From Gemmatimonadales bacterium (lineage in GTDB: Bacteria > Gemmatimonadota > Gemmatimonadetes > Gemmatimonadales > GWC2-71-9), in assembly GCA_965249575.1 (NCBI GenBank), contig OZ252244.1, forward strand, positions 1,024,001 through 1,088,000: DNA of 64,000 nt, written 5' to 3'. The notes beneath the pieces were generated by a model. It was not told the DNA's origin. It saw only the letters and a program-made list of their open reading frames with translations, and made no database searches. Both the position numbers and the translations under genes were made by a program. Below are positions 30,958 to 41,581 of this stretch, piece after piece. How positions within the stretch are numbered: the first letter of the stretch is position 1; each line of letters begins with the position of its first letter.

Positions 30958-31018
30958 GCCCAAGCGGTCGCGCACCGCGACTACCCGCGGAGCCGTCCTC
31001 CCGCCTATCTTGATCGTC

Positions 31019-32599
31019 ATGGCCATCGGTGAACGATTGCGATCTGCCCGCGGGAGTGCGGGCTCGATCCTCGCACTCCTGCTCGCATGCCCTGTGACCA
31101 GCCTTGCCCAGGCGGCCGGCCTGGCTGAGGCGGTTTCGTCGATCACGGCGGGCGACATACAGCGCCGGATCGACGTCATCGCACACGACTCGATGCGCGG
31201 TCGAGACACGCCGAGCGCCGAACTCGATGAGGGGGCGGCCTACATCGCGGGGGAATTCCGCAGCATCGGGCTCGCACCAGGTGGCCACGACCAAACCTTC
31301 ATTCAGCACTACCCCATCAAGCGCGTACAGCTCGACAGCGTCGCCTCGAGGATACTGGTAGCCCGCGGGCCCACGTGGCGCCTCGGAGACGATTTCACGA
31401 ACGTGCGGGGCGGCAACGACGCTCCCGAAGGTGCGCGGGGGACGGTGGTCGTCATCGCGGGTGTGTTCACCGATCCACGAAGCGCGCGCGACATGGATCT
31501 CGCGGGCAAGGTCGCTATCCTCGTTTCGGGTTCGGATTCACGCGGCGGATTCACCCCCGGCCTGTTACGCGCGCTCACCACGGTCAGGGCGCAGCGTCCC
31601 GCGGCGATTCTCCTCGTGCACGCGGTCAGCGATGCCGAGTGGGCCAGCATTACCGCACAGCAGCGCCGGGTCACCGTCCTGCCGTCGTGGCGCACTGAGC
31701 GCAGGAGATCCGGCCCACCGATCCCCATCGTGCGCGACCGGGCAGCCGCGCCACTATTGGCGAGATACGGCATTTCCCTGCCCGAGCTGCGGCGAGTGGT
31801 GCGTGAACCCGCCCGGAGTCACGCGCTCCCCGACCTCGACATGACGGTAACGGTTCAGCGAAGCGTCATCGGAACCGGCTATGCGCCAAACGTGGTCGGT
31901 ATCCTCGAGGGCCGGGATCCCGCTTTGAAGAACGAGTACATCGTCTTCAGTGCACACATGGATCACGTCGGCATCGGCCGCCCCGACGCGCGGGGCGACA
32001 CCATCTACAACGGAGCGGACGACGATGCGTCCGGCACCATAGCCGTCGTGGAGCTCGCGGAGGCGTTCAGGACGCTCGAGCGTCCACCACGCCGATCTCT
32101 CCTCTTCTTGACTGTGAGCGGCGAGGAAAAGGGTCTGTGGGGGAGCGAGTACTTCGCCGACCACCCGCCGGTACCCGCGACGAGTATCGTCGCGAACCTG
32201 AACAGCGACATGGTGGGCCGCAACTGGCGTGACACGGTCGTCGTCATCGGCAAGGAGCACTCCGATCTCGGGGCAACGCTGCAGCGGATCAACGCCATGC
32301 ATCCGGAGCTCGATATGACGGCCATCGACGACCCTTGGCCGGAGGAGAACTTCTACCGCCGCTCAGACCACTACAATTTCGCGCGCAAGGGAGTGCCGAT
32401 TTTGTTTTTCTTCAACGGCACCCACGAAGACTACCACCGCCCGAGCGACGAACCCACGAAGATCGACGCCGAGAAGGAGTCGCGGATCGTCAAGCTACTC
32501 TTCTACCTGGGGCTCGAGGTCGCGGAGGTCACTCCCCGACCGAGGTGGGACCCGGAGAGCTACCGCAGCATCGTCGAAGGCGCCTCGGGGAGGCCCTGA
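31019..32599 (+). CDS. M28-family aminopeptidase with PA-like insert
   Basis: SMRGRDT, SAHMDH, GADDDASG, GEEKGLWGS, RSDHYNF, DYHRPSD. Confidence 0.92.
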   Translation: MAIGERLRSARGSAGSILALLLACPVTSLAQAAGLAEAVSSITAGDIQRRIDVIAHDSMRGRDTPSAELDEGAAYIAGEFRSIGLAPGGHDQTFIQHYPIKRVQLDSVASRILVARGPTWRLGDDFTNVRGGNDAPEGARGTVVVIAGVFTDPRSARDMDLAGKVAILVSGSDSRGGFTPGLLRALTTVRAQRPAAILLVHAVSDAEWASITAQQRRVTVLPSWRTERRRSGPPIPIVRDRAAAPLLARYGISLPELRRVVREPARSHALPDLDMTVTVQRSVIGTGYAPNVVGILEGRDPALKNEYIVFSAHMDHVGIGRPDARGDTIYNGADDDASGTIAVVELAEAFRTLERPPRRSLLFLTVSGEEKGLWGSEYFADHPPVPATSIVANLNSDMVGRNWRDTVVVIGKEHSDLGATLQRINAMHPELDMTAIDDPWPEENFYRRSDHYNFARKGVPILFFFNGTHEDYHRPSDEPTKIDAEKESRIVKLLFYLGLEVAEVTPRPRWDPESYRSIVEGASGRP

Positions 32600-32683
32600 G
32601 GGGTCTGCTTACCGTCCACCCGTCGGAGCGCCACGGCGATCCACGAGCGGGCCCGACTCCCCAGCCGGTTATATTCAACCCCC

Positions 32684-34483
32684 ATGCGCCAAGAACGTAT
32701 CCGCAATTTCTGCATCGTTGCACACATCGATCACGGCAAATCGACCCTCGCCGACCGCCTCATCGAGGCGACGCGCACGCTCGACAAACGCAGAATGCGG
32801 GAGCAGGTCCTCGACACGATGGATCTCGAACGCGAGCGTGGGATTACGATCAAGCTCAACGCGGTGAGGATGCAGTACCGCCCCAATGATGAAGAGCCGT
32901 ATGAACTCAACCTGATCGACACGCCAGGCCATGTCGACTTCACGTACGAGGTCTCACGCTCCCTGGCTGCCTGTGAGGGAGCGGTTCTCGTCGTGGACTC
33001 GAGCCAGGGAATCGAGGCCCAGACGGTCAGCAACCTGCTGCTGGCGATGGACGCGGGGCTCGAGATCATCCCGGTCCTCAACAAGATCGATCTACCGGCC
33101 GCCGAGCCCGACCGGCGCGCGCAGGAGCTGTTCGAGCTGATCGGTACGCCTCCAGCCGAGACGCTCCGCGTGTCGGCGAAGGAAGGCCGCGGAATCTCGG
33201 AATTACTCCGCGCGATCGTGCAGCGGGTCCCGGCCCCCGGGGGATCGTCCGACGGCCCTTTCCGAGCGCTGATCTTCGACTCCTACTACGATCGCTTTCG
33301 GGGCGCGATCCCGAGTATCCGCGTCATGGACGGCGAGATCACCCCCGGCATGCACATCGCCTTCGGGTCGCATCCTTCCGACCGGTACGAGGTGGCGGAG
33401 GTGGGCTACTGGCAGCTCGGCCCGCAAAACACCGGGCGCCTACAAACAGGGGAGGTAGGCTACGTCATCGCGAACACGAGGGACGTCCGCGACACTAGGG
33501 TCGGGGACACGGTGCTCGACGCCGACCATCCGGCTTCAGAGACGCTGCCCGGCTATCGGGAAATCAAGTCAATGGTGTTCGCCGGCCTGTACCCGACTGA
33601 CGCCTCGCAGTACGAGGAGCTCAGGGACGCGTTGGCGAAACTTCAACTCAACGACGCGGCGCTCCACTACGTACCTGAATCGTCGGTGGCATTGGGGTTC
33701 GGGTTCCGGTGCGGTTTTCTCGGCCTGCTCCACATGGACATCGTCCGGGAGCGCCTCGAGCGGGAGTTCGATCTCACGCTGATTACCACCGTCCCGAACG
33801 TGGAGTACCACGTACATCGCACGGACAGCGGCGTCGACATCATCGAGAACCCGACCAAGCTCGAGGTCGATTCGCGAGTCGACCGCGTCGAAGAGCCGTT
33901 CGTCAAGGCACGCATCACCGCCCCCTCGGACTACATCGGTTCCATCATGAAGCTGGGTCAAGAACGACGCGGAGTTTACCTGGGCATGCACTACCTCGAC
34001 CCAAGTCGAGTCCAGTTCGAGTGGGAGTTCCCGTTGTCGGAGATCATTCTCGATTTTTACGACCGGCTCAAGACGGTCAGCCGCGGCTTTGCGGCAATGG
34101 ACTACGAGTTCGTCGGCTACCGCCCCAGCCGGTTGATAAAGCTGGATCTCCTCATCAACAACGATGCGGTGGACGCCTTCAGCGTAATCATCCACCGAGA
34201 CAAAGCACACGACTGGGGCAAGAAGCTCGCCGAAAAGCTTCGAGAGTTGATTCCACGCCAGCTCTTCGAGGTGGTCATCCAGGCGGCCATCGGCTCCAAA
34301 GTCATCGCACGCGAGACGGTTCGCCCGCTCCGCAAGAACGTGACAGCCAAGTGTTACGGCGGCGACGTGACCCGGAAGCGAAAGCTGTTGGAGAAGCAGC
34401 GGGAGGGTAAACGCCGCATGAAACAGGTGGGCGTGGTCGAGATTCCCCAGGAGGCGTTCCTCGCCGTCCTGAAGGTCGAGTGA
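32684..34483 (+). CDS. lepA: Elongation factor 4
   Basis: [48 protein letters not shown]. Confidence 0.98.
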   Translation: MRQERIRNFCIVAHIDHGKSTLADRLIEATRTLDKRRMREQVLDTMDLERERGITIKLNAVRMQYRPNDEEPYELNLIDTPGHVDFTYEVSRSLAACEGAVLVVDSSQGIEAQTVSNLLLAMDAGLEIIPVLNKIDLPAAEPDRRAQELFELIGTPPAETLRVSAKEGRGISELLRAIVQRVPAPGGSSDGPFRALIFDSYYDRFRGAIPSIRVMDGEITPGMHIAFGSHPSDRYEVAEVGYWQLGPQNTGRLQTGEVGYVIANTRDVRDTRVGDTVLDADHPASETLPGYREIKSMVFAGLYPTDASQYEELRDALAKLQLNDAALHYVPESSVALGFGFRCGFLGLLHMDIVRERLEREFDLTLITTVPNVEYHVHRTDSGVDIIENPTKLEVDSRVDRVEEPFVKARITAPSDYIGSIMKLGQERRGVYLGMHYLDPSRVQFEWEFPLSEIILDFYDRLKTVSRGFAAMDYEFVGYRPSRLIKLDLLINNDAVDAFSVIIHRDKAHDWGKKLAEKLRELIPRQLFEVVIQAAIGSKVIARETVRPLRKNVTAKCYGGDVTRKRKLLEKQREGKRRMKQVGVVEIPQEAFLAVLKVE

Positions 34484-35502
34484 CGGACGTCGTCGTGCTG
34501 CAAACCGCCTACCTGGGTGACATGGTCCTCACGACGCCGCTGCTGGAGGCTTTGGCCAAGCGACACGGTCCCGTCGACGTCGTCACGACGTCGGAAGCCG
34601 CTCCGCTCATCGAGACCCATCACGCGGTGCGTACGGTACTCCGGTACGACAAGCGCAGCACCATGCGCGGTGTGGTAGGCAGGTACCGCGTAGCGCGCGA
34701 TATCGCGCGGCGACGCTACGGGTGGGCCTATCTGCCGCACCGCTCGATTGCCAGCTCGCTGATCGCGCGGCTCGCAGGTATACCCCGTCGAGTCGGATTC
34801 GCCGACGCCGCGGGAAGGTGGTGGTACACGTCTCGAGTGGAACGCGCCGGTGTCCACGAGGCCGAGCGGCTGCTGAGCCTCGCCGGCCGCGCGGCGCCGG
34901 CCATGCCATCAATCGTGTTGACGTCTGCTGACCGTCGGGTGGCCGCCCGGGTGCTCCGCTCCGCCGGTGTCGAGCAACCGTTCGTCGCCGTCGCCCCGGG
35001 CTCCGCCTGGAAGACCAAACGCTGGCCCCACTACCGTGAACTCGCGCGACGGATTGGCGTCACGCGAAGCGTCGTGGTCATCGGGTCGCGCCGTGAGCGC
35101 GGCGTGCTGGCCGCGAGTGGCGGGGAACACCCAAGCATCGACCTGGCAGGCCAACTCGGCATTCGTGAGTCGGCCGCCGTGATCGCTGATTCGGCCGCGC
35201 TCGTCGCGAACGATTCCGTGGCCGTTCACTTGGCGCAGGCGACGGGCACACCGGTCGTCGCCGTGTACGGGCCGACGAGCCCGGCATTTGGATTCGGTCC
35301 GCGCGGCCCGGCCGATCTGGTCGTGCAGCTGGACGGGCTCCCGTGCCGTCCCTGCAGCACCCACGGCTCGGAGCGCTGCCCGCTCTCGCACCATCGGTGC
35401 ATGCAAGATCTTTCCGTCGATATCGTCGAACGCGCGCTGGCGGGCGTTCTCGATGGGTCACGGAGTAAGCCGGCTCGGAGACCGGTGTGCACTGGATCGT
35501 AG
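34480..35502 (+). CDS. GT9 LPS heptosyltransferase (WaaF-like)
   Basis: [34 protein letters not shown]. Confidence 0.9.
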   Translation: MTDVVVLQTAYLGDMVLTTPLLEALAKRHGPVDVVTTSEAAPLIETHHAVRTVLRYDKRSTMRGVVGRYRVARDIARRRYGWAYLPHRSIASSLIARLAGIPRRVGFADAAGRWWYTSRVERAGVHEAERLLSLAGRAAPAMPSIVLTSADRRVAARVLRSAGVEQPFVAVAPGSAWKTKRWPHYRELARRIGVTRSVVVIGSRRERGVLAASGGEHPSIDLAGQLGIRESAAVIADSAALVANDSVAVHLAQATGTPVVAVYGPTSPAFGFGPRGPADLVVQLDGLPCRPCSTHGSERCPLSHHRCMQDLSVDIVERALAGVLDGSRSKPARRPVCTGS

Positions 35503-36470
35503 GAGTCGATCTGGGCGGGACGAACATCGTCGTAGCCATCGTGTCGGAGGACGGAGACGTGTTGCACGGACTTCACAAGCGACCGACCCCGCGGCCCTCC
35601 ACTCCGGATGAGGTGGTCGCCAGCATCACGGACATGGTGCGGGCCTCTCTGGCCGACACCCGCAACGTTCTTGGGAAACACGACATCGACGTCCCGGGGA
35701 TCGGCATCGGGTCGCCCGGACCGCTGAACACGGCAACTGGTGTCGTACGCATCTCGCCCAATTTGGGCTGGCGCGACGTACCGCTCCGCCAACTGGTGAG
35801 CGACGCCGTCGGCTATCCAGCCACACTGGAGAACGATGCGAATTGCTCCACGATGGGCGAGTGGTGGCGGGGCGCGGCACGCGGCGCGGACCATGTGGTC
35901 GGTCTGACGATCGGTACTGGAATTGGTGGCGGAATCATGATCGGCGGCGAGATCTTTCACGGCGCGACCGACGTGGCCGGTGAGATCGGGCATACGACCA
36001 TCGATTCGACCGGTCGGCGATGTACATGCGGCAATTACGGCTGCCTCGAAGCATACGCGTCCGGCCCGGCAATCGCGCTGCGGGCCAGGGAAGGAATCGA
36101 AGCGGGTGCGCGTTCCAGCCTCTCGGAGTGTCTGACCGACGGTCCCGAGACGATCACGGCTCAGGCGGTATACGATGCAGCCCAGCGGGGGGATAGTTTT
36201 GCCCTGGACGTCGTCCGAGAAACGGCCCGTTTCCTCGGAATCGGCCTGGCAAACATTGTCAATCTGTTCAACCCCGAGGTCGTCGTCGTGTGCGGCGGCG
36301 TGACCCAGGCTGGAAGACATCTCTTCGATCCCCTGACCGCCGAAGTGAAGCGGCGCGCGTTTCGCCCCGCGGTGGATGCCTGCCGCATCGTGCCCGGCCA
36401 GCTCTCCGGTACGGCCGGCATCTACGGCGCCGTTGGATTCTTCAGGCGACAAATGGGTAATCACTCGTGA
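35487..36470 (+). CDS. ROK-family glucokinase
   Basis: GVDLGGT, ENDAN, GTGIGGG, GEIGH, CTCGNYGCLE. Confidence 0.93.
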   Translation: MHWIVGVDLGGTNIVVAIVSEDGDVLHGLHKRPTPRPSTPDEVVASITDMVRASLADTRNVLGKHDIDVPGIGIGSPGPLNTATGVVRISPNLGWRDVPLRQLVSDAVGYPATLENDANCSTMGEWWRGAARGADHVVGLTIGTGIGGGIMIGGEIFHGATDVAGEIGHTTIDSTGRRCTCGNYGCLEAYASGPAIALRAREGIEAGARSSLSECLTDGPETITAQAVYDAAQRGDSFALDVVRETARFLGIGLANIVNLFNPEVVVVCGGVTQAGRHLFDPLTAEVKRRAFRPAVDACRIVPGQLSGTAGIYGAVGFFRRQMGNHS

Positions 36471-37414
36471 AACGGATCGGCGTCATGGGCACCATGGTGT
36501 GGGATTCGATTTACGGGAGGGGGAGAATGCCCGACCGCGTGGAAGAGTGGGGTGGGATTGCATACGCACTCGTGGCCCTCGATGCCGCGTTGCCGCCCTC
36601 GTGGGAGATCGTGCCGCTCATCAAGGTCGGGCGAGACATGGCGCCCAGCGCCAACCAGATACTGTCGAGCCTCGGCCGCCGCGCGGGCGCAGGGCGATTC
36701 GTCGAGGTCCCGCAACCAAACAACCGCGTTACCTTACGGTACGAATCCTTTGCCCGCCGCACCGAACAGCTCAGCGGCGGAGTGCCCGGATGGACGTGGG
36801 ACGAACTGGGCCCGATGGTCCGGGATCTCGACGTCCTGTACGTGAATTTCATCTCGGGCTTCGAGATGACGTTGGAGACCGCGGCGCGGCTGCGGCAGGC
36901 GTTCGCCGGGCCGATCTTCGCGGACCTGCACAGCTTGCTACTGGACATCGCCCCGGACGGATTGCGCGTCCCGCGCTCGCTCCCCGAGCTTCCATCCTGG
37001 TTTTCTTGCTTCGACGTCGTGCAGCTCAACGAGGAAGAAATGGCGCGACTCGGTCCCGACCCGATGGAGGTAGCGGCAAACGCGATCGCCGTAGGCGTCC
37101 GGCTGATGGTGGTGACGATAGGGGAAAAGGGGGCGGTGTATTTCGCTCCACGGCCGTTCGTGTTCGCCCGATCGCGCGACCTCTCGTCCGGCCCCGTTGA
37201 AACGTCCCGGATCCCGACTGAGGTCCCACTCGAGGAGGGGGACCCAACGGGGTGCGGTGACGTGTTCGGCGCTACTCTCGTGGCGGGGCTCATCGCCGGC
37301 GCCGAGCTGGAACCAGCCATCCGCACAGCCAACGCCATCGCGGCCACGAACATGCAATGCCGCGGCGCCCCTGGGCTGCGCGAGCGCTTGCGGGGAGGAA
37401 TCGCTCGGGCATGA
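36467..37414 (+). CDS. PfkB-family carbohydrate kinase
   Basis: VQLNEEE, VTIGEKGA, DPTGCGDVFG. Confidence 0.85.
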   Translation: MKRIGVMGTMVWDSIYGRGRMPDRVEEWGGIAYALVALDAALPPSWEIVPLIKVGRDMAPSANQILSSLGRRAGAGRFVEVPQPNNRVTLRYESFARRTEQLSGGVPGWTWDELGPMVRDLDVLYVNFISGFEMTLETAARLRQAFAGPIFADLHSLLLDIAPDGLRVPRSLPELPSWFSCFDVVQLNEEEMARLGPDPMEVAANAIAVGVRLMVVTIGEKGAVYFAPRPFVFARSRDLSSGPVETSRIPTEVPLEEGDPTGCGDVFGATLVAGLIAGAELEPAIRTANAIAATNMQCRGAPGLRERLRGGIARA

Positions 37415-38307
37415 CTCGAGTCGTGGAGGTTCCGACCCAGTTCGACGACCGGACGTTCGATCAGTTCGCGAAGGCCTTTGGTAAGCCGGACGGCGGGCGT
37501 ATGCTGTTCGACGCGCACGCCACCCAGTGGGCCTCTCCGTACGGCCTTCTCGGCCTGCTGAGCGCTGGACAAGCGGTAGCGGAGCACACAGCCGAGCGAC
37601 CGCTCCTCACCGTACCGACGGATCGCGACGTCGCCCGCTACTGGAAACGCGCCGGTTTTTTCCGCGCGGCGGAGGAGTCCTTCGAGTTACATGGCAAGAT
37701 CCCCCGAACACCGGCGGAAGGATCCTCGGACGTTCTTCTAGAGGTCACGCCGATCCGCGGAGCGGACGACGTGCACGGTGCGGTTCACGGGATTCAAGAG
37801 CGGGCGGTTGCGATCCTGGCCAACGATCTCGGTCTCGAAGCCCAGGCGACCATAGGATTCGCTATGGCGCTTTCGGAAGCCTGTCAGAATATTGTAGAGC
37901 ACGCCGGCACCGGGGGATGGGTCGCCGTTCAGACGTACCACTGGCGGCGCCGGCTCGGACGCCGAGTGGTAGTGATTGCGGTCGCGGACGCCGGAGTCGG
38001 GTTTCGACATTCCCTCGAGACGACACAGGCGAAACGATTCGGAGATCGATGGGGCGACGCGGCGGCGCTGGAGGCCGCGCTCATTCAAGGGGTCAGCCGG
38101 TTCCGAGATCCTGGACGAGGGCAGGGACTCGCCGGCATCCGCCGCTACCTGAGTCGCTGGTCGGGGAAGGTCAGCGTTCGCAGCGGCACCGCACGCATCA
38201 CGATCGTCCCACCATGGGACGACGACGTGCCCATGGCCGAGGGGCTGCCCTCCTTTCCCGGTAGCCAGGTACTCATGATCATCCCAGCTCAACATCCCGA
38301 GTCCTGA
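37411..38307 (+). CDS. STAS-like plus HATPase_c (anti-sigma-type) ATP-binding protein
   Basis: EACQNIVEHA N-box, VADAGVG G1 box, RGQGL G2 box; no HisKA domain. Confidence 0.75.
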   Translation: MTRVVEVPTQFDDRTFDQFAKAFGKPDGGRMLFDAHATQWASPYGLLGLLSAGQAVAEHTAERPLLTVPTDRDVARYWKRAGFFRAAEESFELHGKIPRTPAEGSSDVLLEVTPIRGADDVHGAVHGIQERAVAILANDLGLEAQATIGFAMALSEACQNIVEHAGTGGWVAVQTYHWRRRLGRRVVVIAVADAGVGFRHSLETTQAKRFGDRWGDAAALEAALIQGVSRFRDPGRGQGLAGIRRYLSRWSGKVSVRSGTARITIVPPWDDDVPMAEGLPSFPGSQVLMIIPAQHPES

Positions 38308-38310
38308 CGC

Positions 38311-38841
38311 ATGCAAGCGATTGACCTTCGAGCCATTCTGAGGCGCACCGTGTCGGGGTTTTACGGCGACTTGGTCACACGACGCACTGGAGCGGCGGTG
38401 CGGGGAGGGATCGAGCAAGTCCTCGCCGAGTCGGACGGCGATCAGGCAGCCGTGATCGACTTCAGTGAGGTCCGCTGTATCGACATGTCCTGCGCCGACG
38501 AGATCGTCGCCAAGCTCCTAGTGGAGCACGGTGAGGCACGGTACTTCGTGCTGCGCGGGATCAGCGAGGCTCAACGCGACGCGATCGAGTGCGTGCTGGA
38601 GCGCCGGCGGTTGGCCGTGGCTGTGGTGGATGCGGACGGACGCCCGGACGTACTCGGTACGATCCCGGATGCGGCGAGGCTGGTGTTCGGCATTCTGGCA
38701 GAAGAGGGGGCGGCAGCGCCCGACGAGGTGGCCGAGCGACTGGCGGTCCCAGCCGACATGGCGCGAGCAGCACTTGAGGACCTACTGGAGCGCCGGCTGA
38801 TCTTCGCCGAAGCGAACGGATATCGGGCGGTAACCGCATGA
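38311..38841 (+). CDS. STAS-like (DUF4325-like) protein with C-terminal wHTH
   Basis: LVTRRTG..IDFSEVRCIDMSCADE (Ser at the STAS phospho-acceptor position); EVAERLAV HTH. Confidence 0.6.
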   Translation: MQAIDLRAILRRTVSGFYGDLVTRRTGAAVRGGIEQVLAESDGDQAAVIDFSEVRCIDMSCADEIVAKLLVEHGEARYFVLRGISEAQRDAIECVLERRRLAVAVVDADGRPDVLGTIPDAARLVFGILAEEGAAAPDEVAERLAVPADMARAALEDLLERRLIFAEANGYRAVTA

Positions 38842-39995
38842 CCCGGCCACGAAAGTTCGGACCCTCGACCAAGGCGGTCCACGGGCGCCCCGGCACCAAG
38901 CCCGAGGGATCACCGGTTGCGAAGGCCATCGTACAGAGCAGCACATTCGTCAACCTCGTGGGCGAAGACGGCGACTTACTCTATACGCGCTACGGCAACA
39001 ACCCGAATCAAGTCGATCTCGGCGGCAAGCTGGCCCTGCTGGAAGGAGCGGAGGCCGCCATCTTTGTCGCCAGTGGCATGGGAGCGACGGCGCTGGCACA
39101 CATGGCCGTGCTCGGCCCGGGGGATCATCTGATCTCGAGCGACTGGATCTATGGCGGTACCCGCAAGCTCTTCGCCCAGGAATTCAGCCGTCTTGGCATC
39201 GACACGACGTTCGTGAACCCCGCGCAAAAAAGGGGTTGGCGCAGGTATATGCGCAAGAACACGCGCGCCGTGTTCGTCGAGGCCGTGTCGAACCCGCTCA
39301 TGCGGGTTCTGAACATCGACCCCCTGGCAAAGCTCTGCCATGGTGAAGGGCTCGCGCTCCTGGTCGATTCGACGTTTGCAACACCAATCAACTTCCGGCC
39401 GCTGGAACGCGGGGCCGACGCCGTAATCCACAGCGCAACGAAATACCTGAACGGCCACTCCGACGTCATCGCCGGTGCGGTGGCCGGAACCGAGGCTTTC
39501 GTCGAGGAGGTACGAGAACGCATGAAGGTCTGGGGCCAGACACTCGACCCACACGCAGCCTGGCTCACCGACCGCGGCTTGAAAACGCTGGCCGTTCGGA
39601 TGCAGCGACACAATTCCAACGGACTGGCGTTCGGTCAGTGGGCCCAGAGTCGGTCGGAGTTCAGCACAGTGCACTACCCTGGGCTCGAGAGCCACCCGGA
39701 CCACGGGCTCGCGACCGACCTGTTGAGCGGATTCGGCGGACTCGTTGGCCTTCAGGTCAAGGGCGGCGTCCGGGCGACCGAGCGGTTCCTACGTCGGCTC
39801 CGCCTGGCCACCCACGCCCCTAGCCTTGGCGGCGTTGAAACCCTGGTGTCCGAGCCTCGGCTCACCTCGCATGCCAGCCTCTCCGCCGCGGAGCGGAATG
39901 CCCAAGAGATACCCGACGGCTTCGTGCGGGTGAGTCTCGGCGTCGAGGACATCGATGACATCATCGCCGATTTCGAGCATGCGCTGTCGAGCTGA
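38838..39995 (+). CDS. PLP-dependent trans-sulfuration enzyme (cystathionine gamma-synthase/lyase family)
   Basis: YTRYGN, ASGM, DSTFATP, HSATKYLNGHSD, SLGGVETL, RVSLGVED. Confidence 0.92.
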   Translation: MTRPRKFGPSTKAVHGRPGTKPEGSPVAKAIVQSSTFVNLVGEDGDLLYTRYGNNPNQVDLGGKLALLEGAEAAIFVASGMGATALAHMAVLGPGDHLISSDWIYGGTRKLFAQEFSRLGIDTTFVNPAQKRGWRRYMRKNTRAVFVEAVSNPLMRVLNIDPLAKLCHGEGLALLVDSTFATPINFRPLERGADAVIHSATKYLNGHSDVIAGAVAGTEAFVEEVRERMKVWGQTLDPHAAWLTDRGLKTLAVRMQRHNSNGLAFGQWAQSRSEFSTVHYPGLESHPDHGLATDLLSGFGGLVGLQVKGGVRATERFLRRLRLATHAPSLGGVETLVSEPRLTSHASLSAAERNAQEIPDGFVRVSLGVEDIDDIIADFEHALSS

Positions 39996-40022
39996 CCAGG
40001 CCGGGGTGAAGCACCTCGTACC

Positions 40023-40718
40023 GTGATCAGATTCACGAACGTCTTCAAGGTGTACCCGAACGGGTCCGTCGCCCTCAAGGACGTGTCGTTCCACATCAAC
40101 AAGAGCGAGTTCGTATTCCTGACGGGACACTCGGGCGCCGGTAAGTCCACAGTGTTGCGCCTGGTGTACGCGGAAGACCTCCCCAACTCCGGCGAGGTCC
40201 GTATTTCGGGATTCAATACGGGAACACTCCTCCGGCGCGAGATTCCGCGGCTTCGCCGCCGCGTGGGAATCGTGTTCCAGGATTTCCGACTCCTCGAAGA
40301 TCGGACCGCGGAAGAGAATGTGGCCTTTGCGCTCGAAGTCACCGCGGCGCGGCGCAGTTCGATCGCTCCGAAGGTGATGCGCGTGCTGGCACAGGTTGGA
40401 CTCGCGGCGAAAGCCCTGGCGCGCCCCCACGAGCTTTCGGGTGGAGAACAGCAGCGTGTCGCCATTGCTCGCGCGCTGGTCAACGATCCGATCGTATTGC
40501 TCGCCGACGAACCGACCGGCAACCTCGATGAACGGGCGACCCGGGGAGTCTTTCAGCTCCTCAGGGACATCAACGCGAACGGTACGGCGGTGATCATGGC
40601 GACTCACAACCTCGACCTGCAGCGCCATACGCCATACCGCACCATCGAGCTGCAGCAGGGAGCCGTGGTCTACGATTCGGTGGCGGACGATCCCGCGTAC
40701 GGCCAGAGCGCCCTATGA
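40023..40718 (+). CDS. ftsE: Cell division ATP-binding protein FtsE
   Basis: GHSGAGKST, VFQDFRLL, LSGGEQQRV, DEPTGNLD. Confidence 0.95.
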   Translation: MIRFTNVFKVYPNGSVALKDVSFHINKSEFVFLTGHSGAGKSTVLRLVYAEDLPNSGEVRISGFNTGTLLRREIPRLRRRVGIVFQDFRLLEDRTAEENVAFALEVTAARRSSIAPKVMRVLAQVGLAAKALARPHELSGGEQQRVAIARALVNDPIVLLADEPTGNLDERATRGVFQLLRDINANGTAVIMATHNLDLQRHTPYRTIELQQGAVVYDSVADDPAYGQSAL

Positions 40719-41581
40719 GACTGGTTTTGCGGGAAACCGTATTGTCATTCCGGCGCGCTCCGCTCCTGTCGGGGCTCTCCATCACGACGATCGCGTTCGC
40801 GCTGTTCGTAACCGGCCTTTTCGGCTTGGTGGCGCTGAACGTTCGACAGGCATTGGACCAGGTAGAAGAACGGGTCGAGATCGTCGCCTACCTGATGCGC
40901 GGAACCCCCGTCGAGATAGTCACCGTGGCGATCGGAGACATCCAGAGTTTCCCGGATGTCGCCAGCGTCTCGTACGTGACCGAAGACCAGGCCCTCGAGC
41001 GAGCGCGGACCGAGCTCGTCGAGTTCCAGGGCATCTTCGAGGAGTTCGTGGCCAATCCGCTGCCGGCCTCCCTCGAGATTAAGCTGCAATCTGGATACCG
41101 CGACAGCGAGCACGTGGCTGAGGTTGCCGACCGCCTGCGCGGATTCCCTTTCGTCGAGGACATCCGCTACGGCCGCGACTGGGTGGCGAAGCTCGACCGG
41201 CTCCGGGGAATTGCCGCGGTTGTCGGCCTGGTGATCGGTGGTGCGTTCGCCGCCGCGTCGGTCATCATCATCGCCACGACGATCCGTATGGCCGTGCTCC
41301 AGCGCAGTCGCGAGATCGCGTTGATGCGCCTGGTCGGTGCGACCGACGGGTTCATTCGACAGCCTTTCCTGTTGGAGGGGGGTCTGAAGGGCGCGATTGG
41401 TGGCATGATCGCGGTCGCGCTCAGCTACGCGGCCTTCGTGACGTTGGATCGTCTCCTCATCGAGACGGCGTTCTTCAACGTGGCGCAAGCAGTCGTGATC
41501 ATACTGTTCGGCACAGCTCTCGGACTCGGCGCGAGCGCGGTGAGCGTCGGACGGCACTTACGGAGGGTCAACGCCGGATGA
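40715..41581 (+). CDS. ftsX: Cell division permease FtsX
   Basis: NPLPAS, TIRMAVLQRSREI..MRLVGAT..IRQPFLLEG. Confidence 0.95.
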   Translation: MRLVLRETVLSFRRAPLLSGLSITTIAFALFVTGLFGLVALNVRQALDQVEERVEIVAYLMRGTPVEIVTVAIGDIQSFPDVASVSYVTEDQALERARTELVEFQGIFEEFVANPLPASLEIKLQSGYRDSEHVAEVADRLRGFPFVEDIRYGRDWVAKLDRLRGIAAVVGLVIGGAFAAASVIIIATTIRMAVLQRSREIALMRLVGATDGFIRQPFLLEGGLKGAIGGMIAVALSYAAFVTLDRLLIETAFFNVAQAVVIILFGTALGLGASAVSVGRHLRRVNAG

